DNA of 64,000 nucleotides from Heterodontus francisci (lineage: Eukaryota): NCBI RefSeq assembly GCF_036365525.1, contig NC_090399.1:49570430-49634429 (forward strand), given 5' to 3'. The position numbers were made by a program, and so were the translations under genes. Below are positions 1 through 10,704 of the stretch, one piece after another (position 1 is the stretch's first letter; every line of letters begins with the position of its first letter). The notes beneath the pieces were generated by a model. That model was not told the origin of the DNA, searched no databases, and saw only the letters and a list, made by a program, of their open reading frames with translations.

Positions 1-2110
1 AGTAGGGGAACGTTTAGGGAACAATGATCATAGTATCATCATGTTTAGATTAACTTTGGAAAAGGTCAAGGAGAAACTGGAGAAAAATATAGAATGGGAG
101 GAGGACCAATTTCAGTGGGTTGAGGACCAATTTCAGTGGGTTGAGAATGGATCTGTCCCAGGTAAATTGGAATCAAAGATTGGCAGGCAAATCTGTAGTC
201 TATAATATGCCTTTAAAGATGGGATGGTTTAGATACATTCCAAGTACAGGGTGAAAGGTATGGAAGAAAAGCCAAAGCTCTCTGGATGATGAAAGAGATA
301 GAGGGTAAGATGAAGCAGAAGAAGGGTGCATATGACAAGTTTCAGGTTGATAATACAAATGAGAACCAGGCTGAATATAGAACGTTCAGAGGGAAAGTGG
401 CAAAAGAAATGAGGGGAAAAGAAACAGTACGAGAAGAGACTGGCAACTAACATAAAAGGGACTTGAAAAGTATTCTATAGGCATATAAATAGGAGAAAGG
501 AGATATGAGTAGGCTAAAAATTTATAAAGAGATAGTATTAGAGAGGCTGACTGTACTTAGAGTTGATGTTACCAGGACTACATGGGATGCATCCAAGGAT
601 GCTGAGGGAATTAAGGTTGGAAATTGCAAAGGCAATGGCCATAATCTTCCAACCCTCTGTAGATACAGGGGTGGTGCCAGAGGACTGGAAAATTGCAACT
701 GTTACACCCCTATTCAAAGTAGGTGTCAGGATTAGACTAGCAACTACAAGCCAGTCTGTTTAACCTCAGTGGTAGGAAAGGTATTAGAAACAGTAATCCG
801 GGATAAAGTTAATAGTCACTTAGACAAGTGTTGATTAATTAAAGGAAAGCCAGCATGGATTTGTTAAAGGCAAATCATGTTTAGCTAACTTGATTGAGTT
901 TTAAGAGGTAACAGAGATTATTGATGATGGTAATGCGCTTGATTTGTTGTATATGCACTTCCAAAAGGAGATTGATAAAATGCCACATTATAGGCTTGTC
1001 AGCAAAGTTGCAGCTTATGGAATAAAAGGGACAGTGGCAGCATGGATACAAAATTATCTAAGTGACAGGAATGAGAGAGGAGTAGTGGTGAACTGTTGTT
1101 TATTTTTGGACTGGAGGAAGATATACAGTGGGGCTTCCCAGGAGTCAGAGCTAGGACAACAGCTTTTCCTGATTAAATATTAATGACTTGAACTCGGGTG
1201 TACAGGGCATTTTCAAAATTTTCAGATGAAACAGTACTTGGTGGCATAGTGAACTGTACAGAGGATAATGATAGATTTCAAGAGGACATTGACAGGCTGA
1301 TGGAATAGGTGGACACATGGCTGATAAAATTTAAAGGAGAGAAGTGCAAAGTGATACATTTTGGTAGGATGAACAAGGAGAGGCACTATAAAGTACAGGT
1401 TACAATTCTAAAGAGTGCAGAAACAGACAGACCTGGGGATATACGTACACAAATCATTGAAGGTGGCAGGGCAGGTTGAGAAAGTGGTTAAAAAGACAAT
1501 AAGGGATCCTCAGCTTTATAAATAAAGGCATGGAGTACAGAAGCAAGGAAGTTATGGTAAACCTCAACTGGAGTATTGTGTCCAATTCTGGGCATGCATT
1601 TAGGAACAATGTGAAGGCTTTAGAGAGGGTGCAGAAAAAAATTAACGAGAATGGTTCCAGAGATGAGTAACTTCAGCTATGTGGAATAGATTGGAGAAGC
1701 TGGGGCTATCTTCCTGAGAGATGACAAGGTGAGAGGAGATTTGGTAGAGGTGTTCAAAATCATGAGGATTCTAAATATAGAAATAAAGAAACTGCTCCCA
1801 TTGTCAGAACAGTTGGGAACTAGAGGACACAGATTAAAGTGATTGGCAAAAGAAGCAAAGGTGACATGAGGAAAACCCTTTTTATGCAGAGAGTGATTAG
1901 GATCTGGAATGCACTGCCTGATGATGGAGGCAGATACAATCATGGCTTTCAAAAGGGAACTAGATAAGCACCTGAAGGTTAAAAATTTGTAGGGCTATGG
2001 GGAAGGGGCTGGGGTGTGAAACTAGCTAAATTGTTCTTGCAGGGAGCCAGCATGAGCTCGAGGGGCCAAGTGGCCTCCTCTGTGGTATAACCATTTTATG
2101 GTTCTATGAA
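1..2110 (+). mobile_element. Degenerate CR1-clade LINE (end of endonuclease, RT, 3' UTR); internally deleted, frameshifted
   Basis: Fragments VPEDWKIATVTPLFK, FQKEIDKMPHYRL, GASQESELG; 3' tail ccattttatggttctatg; 21-bp tandem duplication gaggaccaatttcagtgggtt at 101-142. Confidence 0.9.
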
Positions 2111-2134
2111 ATTCACATTTCCACCTTTATAATG

Positions 2135-2639
2135 TGGCAGTACTCTCAGAGGCAGAGCTCCCAAGTATGTTGGCACTAATCAAACAGAGGCGGCATTGGT
2201 GAATCAAACACATCCACAGGATGGAAGATGGTTGCATAGCCAAGAACCTTCTGTATGGTGAGGTAGCCGGGACCAGATGACCAGTAGGGCGCCCAAAGCT
2301 ATCCTTCAAGGATGCTTGCAAGCATGACATGAAGGCCCTAAATGTCGACAATCACACTTGGGACTCACTAGCTGATGAAAGAGGGAAATAGCAACACACC
2401 CTGTGGACACTGTGTGCACTACCACGATGACCAGTTGCGACAGCAGCTTGGCAATACGCGCCAACGTCAAAAACAACAAGTGTCACTTGGTAGCTTCATG
2501 TGCAGCACTTGTGGCAGAACCTGCATCTCAAAGATTGGCCTGCGCAGCCATTTGCAAAGGTGCTCCAAGAAAAGAGACCTCACCTAAATGGATTGTTTGT
2601 TGCCTGTCCATCATCTTCCGTAGATGAAAGGATGTCAAC
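2135..2639 (+). mobile_element. 5'-truncated RTE-clade LINE, 3' fragment
   Basis: HIHRMEDG..KNLLYGE..GRPKLSFKDACKHDMK and C-terminal CSTCGRTC.SKIGLRSH zinc finger; 11-bp TSD CCTTTATAATG at 2124-2134 and 2640-2650. Confidence 0.85.
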
Positions 2640-2879
2640 CCTTTATAATGGAATCTGCCACCATAAGCCTCTCATGCTAAAATTACACCTTCCTACCCAC
2701 AGTGGCACTGTCAGACTATGGCTTCACATTCCCCAGGTAAACTGCAATGCTCCAATCAAATCTACTTTACTGTTTCCCAATTGAATATATTCTGTTATAA
2801 ATCTCTCTCTATATTAGAAATCTTATGTACTAACTCTCCACACAACCTTACTTTGTTCTAATTTATTTTTTTTCCTATT

Positions 2880-3245
2880 AATTCATGATCAAAATCATGA
2901 AAGTCTTGAATAGAGTGATTAAGGAGAAACTGTTTCCTATGGCAGACAGGTCAGTAACCAGAGGACACAGATTTAAGGGAATTAACAAAAGAATCAGAGG
3001 TGACATGAGGAGATTAGTTTTAATGCAACAACTTGTTATGATCTGGAATGCACTGTACGAAAGAGTGCTAGAAGTAGATTGAACAATAACTTTCAAAAGT
3101 TACTTGGATTGATACTTGAAGGCTAATTGCAGGAATATGGGAAAAGAACAATGGAGTGGCACTGATTGGATAGTTCTTTTGAAGTGCCATCACATTCACA
3201 GTGGGCTAAATGGCATCATTCTGTGCTGTATCATTCTGTGACTCA
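2880..3245 (+). mobile_element. CR1 LINE 3' fragment
   Basis: KIMK..LFP..TRGHRFK..IWNAL motif plus CR1-type tail. Confidence 0.85.
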
Positions 3246-3397
3246 ATATGCCAACATTTCAATGGGAATTGCTGAGGTAAATTAGGCTGAAATGCCAATA
3301 TCTGTCTGGTGATGGAACTGCAATGCCTCAGTGTTATATTGGGCCAACACTTCAGCCTTTATTTCTGAAAAATACTCATGTATAAACTAGCTCTACA

Positions 3398-6300
3398 TTT
3401 TTTTTCTTCATTCACGGGATGTGGGCGTCGCTGGCCAGGCCAGCATTTATTGCCCATCCCTAATTGCCCTTCAGAAGGTGGTGGTGAGCTGCCTTCTTGA
3501 ACCGCTGCAGTCATGTGGGGTAGGTACACCCACAGTGCTGTTAGGAAGGGAGTTCCAGGATTTTGACCCAGCGACAGTGAAGGAACGGCGATATAGTTCC
3601 ATGTCAGGATGGTGTGTGACTTGGAGGGGAACTTGCAGGTGGTGGTGTTCCCATGTATTTGCTGCCCTTGTCCTTCTAGTTGGTAGAGGTCGCAGGTTTG
3701 GAAGGTGCTGTCGAAGGAGCCTTGGTGCATTACTACAGTGCATCTTGTAGATGGTACACACTGCTGCCACTGTGCGTCAGTGGTGGAGGGAGTGAATGTT
3801 TGTAGATGGGGTGCCAATCAAGCGGGCTGCTTTGTCCTGGATGGTGTCGAGCTTCTTGAGTGTTGTTGGAGCGGCACCCATCCAGGCAAGTGGAGAGTAT
3901 TCCATCACACTCCTGACTTGTGCCTTGTAGATTGTGGGACAGGCTTTGGGGAGTCAGGAGGTGAGTTACTCGCCTCAATATTCCTAGCCTCTGACCACAG
4001 TATTTATATGGCTACTCCAGTTCAGTTTCTGGCCAATGGTAGCCCCTAGGATGTTGATAGTGGGGGATTCAGCAATGGTAATGCCGTTGAATGTCAATGG
4101 GAGATGGTTAGATTCTCTTTTGTTGGAGATGGTCATTGCCTGGCACTTGTGTGGCACTAATGTTACTTGCCACTTATCAGCCCAAGCCTGGATATTGTCC
4201 ATGTCTTGTTGCATTTCTACATGGACCACTTCAGTATCTGAGGAGTTGCGAATGGTGCTGAACATTGTGTAATCATCAGCGAACATCCCCACTTCTGACC
4301 TTTTCATTGAAGGAAGGTCATTGATGAATCAGCTGAAGATGGTTGGGCCTAGGACACTACCATGAGGTACTCCTGCAGTGATGTCCTGGAGCTCAGATGA
4401 TTGACCTCCAACAATCACAACCATCTTCCTTTGCGCTAGGTATGACTCCAGCCAGCGGAGGGTTTTCCCCCCGATTCCCATTGACCTCAGTTTTGCTCGG
4501 GCTCCTTGATGCCATACTTGGTCAAATGCTGCCTTGATGTCAAGGGCAGTCACTCTCACCTCACCTCTTGAGTTCAGCTCTTTTGTCCATGTTTGAACCA
4601 AGGCTGTAATGAGGTCAGGAGCTGAGTGGCTTTGGTGGAACCCAAACTGAGCATCACTGAGCAGGTTGCTGCTAAGCAAGTGCCGCTTGATGGCACTGTT
4701 GATGACACCTTCCATCACTTTACTGATGATTGAGAGTAGGCTAATGGGGTGGCAGTTGGCCGGGTTGGATTTGTCCTGCTTTTTGTGTACAGGACATACC
4801 TGGGCAATTTTCCACATTGCAGGGTAGATGCCAGTGTTGTAGCTGTACTGGAACAGCTTGGCTAGGGCACAGCAAGTTCTGGAACACAGGTCTTCAGTAC
4901 TATTGCCGGAATATTGGCAGGGCCCATAGCTTTTGCAGTATCCAGTGCCTTCAGTCGTTTCTTGATATCACGTGGAGTGAATCGAATTGGCTGAGGTTTG
5001 GCATCTGTGATGCTGGGGACTTCAGGAGGAGGCCGAGATGGATCATCATCTCGGCACTTCTGGCTGAAGATTGTTGCAAATGCTTCAACCTTATCTTTCG
5101 CACTGATGTGCTGGGCTCCCCCATCATTGAGGATGGGGATATTTGTGGAGCCACCTCCTCCAGTTAGTTGTTTAATTGTCCACCACCATTCATGGCTGGA
5201 TGTGGCAGGACTGCAGAGCTTAGATCTGATCCGTTGGTTATGGGATCGCTTAGCTCTGTCTATCGCATGCTGCTTATGCTATTTGGCATGCAAGTAGTCC
5301 TGGGTTGTAGCTTCACCCGGTTGACACTTCATTTTGAGGTATGCCTGGTGCTGCTCCAGGCATGCCCTCCTGCACTCTTCTTTGAACCAGGGTTGGTCTC
5401 CTGGCTTGATGGTAATGGTACAGTGGGGGATATGCCGGGCCATGAGGTTACAGATTGTGGTTGAGTACAATTGTGCTGCTGCTGATGGCCCACAGCGCCT
5501 CATGGATGCCCAGTTTTGCATTGCTAGATCCGTTCGAAATCTATCCCATTTAGCACAGTGATAGTGCCACACAATGGACGGTATCCTCAATGTGAAGGCG
5601 GGTCTTCATCTCCACAACGACTGTGCGGTGGTCACTCCTACCAATACTGTCATGGACAGATGCATCTGTGGCAGGCAGATTGGTGAGGACGAGGTCGAGT
5701 ATGTTCTTCCCTCGTGTTGGTTCCCCCACCACCTGCTGCAGACCCAGTCTAGCAGCCATGTCCTTTAGGACCCGGCCAGCTCGGTCAGTAGTGGTGCGAC
5801 CGAGCCACTCATGGTGATGGACGTTGAAGCCCTCCACCCAGAGTACATTTTGTGCCCTTGCCACCCTCAGTGCTTCCTCCAAGGGGTGTTCAACATGGAG
5901 GAGTACTGAGTCATCAGCTGAGGGAGGGCGGTAGATGGTAATCAGTAGGAGGTTACCTTGCCCATATTTGACCTGATGCCATGAGACTTCATGAGGTCCG
6001 GAGTCGATGTTGAGGACTCCCAGGGCAACTCCCTCCCTACTGTATACCACTGTGCCACCACCTCTGCTGGGTCTGTCCTGCCGGTGGGACAGGACGTACC
6101 CAGGGATGGTGATGGCAGTGTCTGGGACATTGTCTGTTAGGTATGATTCCGTGAGTATGACTATTTGAAGCTGTTGCTTGACTAGTCTGTGGGACAGCTC
6201 TCCCAACTTTGGCACAAGCCCTCAGATGTTAGTAAGGAGGACTTTGCAGGGTCGACAGGGCTGGGTTTGCTTTTGTCGTTTCCGGTGCCTAGGTCGATGC

Positions 6301-6668
6301 TGGGTGGTCCGTCCGGTTTCATTCCTTTTTATAGACTTTGTAGTGGTTAGGTACAACTGAGTGGCTTGCTAGGCCATTTCAGAGGGCATGTAAGAGTTAA
6401 CCACATTGCTGTGGGTCTGGAGTCACATGTAGGCCAGACCAGGTAAGGACAGCAGATTTCCTTCCCTAAAGGACATTAGTGAACCAGATGGGTTTTGACA
6501 ACAATCGTTTCATGGCCATCATTAGACTAGTTTTTAATTCCAGATTTTTTTATTCAGTTCAAATTCCACCTTCTGCTGTGGTGGGATTCGAACCCATGTC
6601 CCCAGAGGAATACCCTGGGTCTCTGGGTTACTAGTCCAGTGATAATACCACTACGCCACCGCCTACCC
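3398..6668 (-). mobile_element. Full-length tRNA-headed single-ORF LINE (jockey/CR1-group APE endonuclease + RT), copy A; disrupted by stops and frameshifts
   Basis: EN motifs LLTNI*GL, ILTESYL, RQDR..RGGG, IYRPPS, FNVHH, LDLVLTN, IGRSDH; RT motifs WKIAQVCPVHKK, QFGF, ALDIKAAFDQVWH, GVPHGSVLGP, MFADD; A-rich 3' tail near 3398; tRNA-like 5' head. Confidence 0.92.
6570..6668 (-). promoter_or_regulatory. tRNA-Ser-like head with Pol III A and B boxes at the 5' end of the LINE
   Basis: A box TGGCGTAGTGG (6658-6648); B box GGTTCGAATCC (6594-6584); anticodon arm CTGGA-CTAGTAA-(T/C)CCAG; long variable arm CCCAG...CTGGG. Confidence 0.85.
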
Positions 6669-7052
6669 TTCTCACTTCTCACTTTCACAGTTTTCTATCA
6701 ATGTTGGTACGTAACTATAAATAATATTACAACATGCCAGAATGTCTGACATTAATTTGGAGACTAAATTATGTTTGCACAGTGTCGGCTCGTATTCACA
6801 GTCCTCCAATTTTGTTACAATGGGCTTGACGCCATGCAAAGAATTTTGGCTTTGGATAATAGTAGAAAATGGGTGATATTGGATCAGGTAATGATTACAC
6901 ACTCCACTTGCTATCCATTTCCACTGAAGTCAATCAAAGGGAAAATTGAGCAAAAATTATATTGAGCAGTTGATTCAATATTGCTCATTTTACACAATCG
7001 CACAAAGATAATTTATTCCTAATGGAAAGAACATTGCAGTCAGTGCACTATT

Positions 7053-7181
7053 ACAAAAGCAAAATACTGTGGATGTTGGAAATCTGAAACAAAAACAGAA
7101 AATTCTGGAAATGCTCAGCAGGTCCGGTTGTGGAGAGAGAAACAGACATAACGTTTCAAGTTTATCGACCTTTCATCAGAA
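7053..7181 (-). mobile_element. Penelope-like element terminal-repeat fragment with hammerhead-like core
   Basis: Same repeat family as the tail of the Penelope RT fragment at 34030-34128; - strand CTGATGA-AAGGTCGATAAACTT-GAAA-CGTTA. Confidence 0.7.
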
Positions 7182-8091
7182 TAGCCACTGTTGATTACCA
7201 TATGGCATTGGAGCCTCAAAATTACATATTTACATTGCATATCATACATGTGTTCATCAATATCATTCAACAAATGCAAGAATATTAATTAAAAAACCTT
7301 AAATTCAATCTGACAATATAATTCAATAAACACAATTTAGGTGATATGATTCTATAAATGTAATATTTCCAATGTCATTCAATATAAGAATAATACTGTG
7401 CATAAATATATTAACATGATTAAGGGGTGGGGGATTTTAAATTGGGGCCACAGTGTAAAATGGTCAATATCAAATCAGTGTGCTGTTATACATTGCCCAA
7501 CATTCAATAAATATTGTGTTGGGGTATTTGCAACTTTTATCATCAAGTGGCCAATAGTCAATCGGTCGCCACTTTACAACAGGCCTGATTTTCAGAAAAG
7601 CCACTGAAGTGTCAGCTGATTCACAATTGGCCATATTTCACCTGTTTTATACCATGCCCAATTATCGATTGAGGTGTACCCTGATTCATGGGCGGCCATA
7701 TTCACCTGGTGTTAAAAATTAACATTTCTTCTGGGAGTGAAACTCCAATGCAACTGGGGTGGTAGCAGAAAAGTGGTCAGTTGTACAACCTTGTCCATCA
7801 TTCTTTAAAGTGAATGGAAAGGAAAATCAGGCAGGGTGTACGAAGGGTGGCCTCTATGCTACTGATCATTTTGCATTCCACCAAAACTGAATTTCACCCC
7901 TAGTATTACTAATATCATTCATTAAGATCAACGTTGCCTTTCAGAGATGGGGTAAATTGGAAAATACTGATTAGACACATTATGATGTTCCTTTCTATTG
8001 AAAGGGAACCTCATCGCTGATGTTACTCTATCCCCTAAAGTTAAAATAACCCCAGTCATTCCCTACATTCACTTCAAATGAATACACTCAC

Positions 8092-8352
8092 TTGCTGTTT
8101 CGTTGATTTTCTGTAGATATCTATCAACCTGTCCCTTGATGAGTCCATGGAAGCCAGCTTGAGTGATGGTGTACATTTCCCAGTATTTCTTGTCAAATGC
8201 TTCCTCCATCCATTGCTGTCTTGGAATAGTTGCATTCATATTTTTGTCGTAATAGTCTATCTCACAGCCATCCAAAAGCCCCATCACACTATACTCCGGG
8301 AGATCAGCGCTCCCATGGTTCAGGGTGTAGTGATACAGCAGAGAATGAGACT
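8092..8352 (-). CDS. MHC class I(-like) alpha chain, exon 2 (alpha-1 domain), probably a non-classical lineage
   Basis: 261-nt phase 1/phase 1 exon between acceptor ttctgtcttag and donor A|gtgagt; open frame (E)SHSLLYHYTLNHGSADLPEYSVMGLLDGCEIDYYDKNMNATIPRQQWMEEAFDKKYWEMYTITQAGFHGLIKGQVDRYLQKINETA with class I hallmarks H3, Y7, G26, D29, D37, P47-R48, W51, Y59-W60 and the N86 glycosylation site. Confidence 0.95.
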
Positions 8353-9617
8353 CTAAGACAGAATTTCAAAACAAAAATCCCCATCATTGCAAATCAAATA
8401 TTAAAAATGTTAGCTTGCTGAACAACTTTACAAAGAGTTTGAAATAATAACTAAGTCGGAAGAACTTACGCAGAAAAATGCAAGACCATTGGATATTTTG
8501 CCATCACACCCCCAAGTTGAATCAATTCAGAAAAGGCAAAACAAGCCTCAATAGCAAAGCATTTACAGCTCATCTAATTTGTCACTCACAACCTTTAATT
8601 TATTAACTGCATGTCTGGGGATGCAGCAGTGCACCCAGCATTACGGTACTACGCCATGCAGAATCCATCCCTGGTATGAGTCGGGTGATTTGGTTTCAAC
8701 CCACTGGTTGCAGCTGAGCTGAAATGGAGAAAGTCACCTATGCTTCCTTCTCCTCCTCTGCTCCATAGTCGCCATTTCAGGGGATTGCGCGTGCATGTGG
8801 CGAGGATAAAATGGGTCCAAGTTATGATGCCTACTATTGAAACAGGAAAATGAAATTGCTCCAATTCCCACATACTATGGAACTCTATCAGGAATACGGG
8901 GTAAAAGTGGGAACCATGTGCTGCCCATTTTCTAGCTGATGCAATTCATTAATGACCATGTGAAAAAATTTACATTTCAACTCGAGTCACTCTAATACCC
9001 TCACTAAGGAAATATCTTGCAATAGTGGTTATTCCTCCTGCATGAGCCAGAATAGTAATGGGTTGCAGACTATTGAACTTTGAGGGAAACAATCCAGGAA
9101 AACTGTCCTCAAGCATTCTCTACACTCAGGCAGTTTCCATCAAGGGTAATATGACAATGAACAGCAGTGAAAATCTCCGGCTGATTTTTTTTTTTGCTGA
9201 GCCCTAGCCCTGATACCATCGGGCAAATGGTGATGTGGACACAACCTCCCAACTGACGTCATCTCTATTAGCATTCAGCAGGCACCTGCTCCACCTGTAT
9301 GGTCCAGTACCACATGCACAATTGAGAAGTTAGAAGGATAATTGCTGTTTTCCTTGAAATCATACCAGGGTAGATTTTCAACTTGCCTCCCGGTCCTTAA
9401 CTTGGTGTCGTGTATCAGCTGCCAGTTATAGAAACCACTCAACTTTAATTTCCAACAACTTGAAAACCAATCAAAATCGGACACTTCCTACAATATGCAA
9501 CCATACTGCAAACTATCCTGTCATTTGGAAGTAATTTTCACTCTCACCGCTGAGCGGCAAACCGGTAGGACAGGATCAGTAGCCCATTTTACAGCCTATT
9601 AAATTGCCTTTCCACTA

Positions 9618-10600
9618 AAATAAAAGCAAAATACTGCAGATACTGGAAATCTGAAATAAAAACTGAAGGTGCTGGAAATATTCAGCAGTTAAGGTTCAGT
9701 AAAGAAAATAAGAACATGTTTCAGAAAGTTCTGATGAAAGGTCACAAACGTGAAATGTTGGCCGTAATTTTATGTTGGGTAGGAGGCCCCGCCCACCGGC
9801 CAAAGAGTCGGGGGCGAGCCCGCCTCAGCAGGGCCTGGGAGCCAAGCTATGATTTTTCCTGGCCCAGGCCGGTAAATGGCCTCGGACAAGAATTCTATAC
9901 CTCTGAGGCAGGAAGTCCTTCTCCTTAGAGCTGCCCGTCAATCAGCATGTCAGCAGTTCTCAGTCCCAGCAGCGCCACTGGGAGCGGTGGCTACGGCTGG
10001 GACTGCAGCCAGGGAGTGCAGCAAGAGGCAAACCGGCCCCAGAGAAAAGGTATGTTTGTGGGGCCTCACCAGGGATAATTGCTGGACCTCGGCAACGCAA
10101 GGGGATCAGTTGGGAGGAGCGGAGTGAATGTCTTTCAGTGGGGGTGGTTGGACCATGGTGGGGGGAGCCATCCTTGGGGCACAAGGTGCCCAATCAAGAG
10201 GACCACACCCCACCACTCGCCCGCCCCCGCCAGCCGCAAGGAGGCCGCCAGGTTTTAATTGGGAGGCTGAGCTGCCCACCAGTAAAATACCAGCGACGGC
10301 AGGAGAAGGCCCTTAAATTGCAGTTAATTGGCCACTTAAGGGCCTTAATTGGCTTGGGGAGGGGAGGCCATTTCTCGCCACCACTGCCCCGCGTAAAATT
10401 GCAGCAGGGTGAGAAGGCAACAGGATCGGCATCCCCACCTCGCACTTAATTTTACGACCACCACCCCTCCCACCCGCCCCGCCTCCAGCCCACTCCTGCG
10501 AGGAGTGGCCTGTAAAATTCCAGCTGTTAGTTCTGTTTCTTTCTCCACCGATGCTGCCAGACTTGCTGAGTATTTCCAGCACTTTCTGTTTTTATTTTTG
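9618..10600. mobile_element. Palindromic Penelope-derived short repeat, interrupted by a MITE
   Basis: Left arm aaagcaaaatactgcagatactggaaatctgaaat; core ctgatgaaaggtcac at 9731; inverted arm resumes at 10525 (tgttagttctgtttct...ccagcactttctg). Confidence 0.7.
9760..10524. mobile_element. GC-rich non-autonomous DNA transposon (MITE-like)
   Basis: Imperfect TIRs gccgtaattttatg / tgtaaaattccagc; flanked by duplicated tgtt; related partial copy at 34130-34710. Confidence 0.7.
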
Positions 10601-10704
10601 TCATTCCATTAAATTGGGTGAACAGCTTCTGAGCAGCAGTTTTCTACCTGATGGTGAAAGTGAAAATTGTCCCCTTTTGTCTGAACTGCTGACCACAGAG
10701 GTGA

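Noticed and set aside
6570-6668. Functional tRNA gene (also 12470-12559, 24960-25049, 28902-28975)
   Set aside because: Imperfect acceptor and D stems, no terminator, and integral to retroposons
7420-7905. Old MITE-like element
   Set aside because: Termini too degenerate to define with confidence
1-8091. MHC alpha-2 exon (exon 3)
   Set aside because: No HTxQ..GC..YDG-type exon found on the - strand; presumably outside the window
8464-8504. Nearby ATG...gtaagt on the - strand as a closer MHC leader exon
   Set aside because: It ends in phase 2, incompatible with the phase-1 alpha-1 exon; the peptide MAKYPMVLHFS is not a signal peptide; no promoter module
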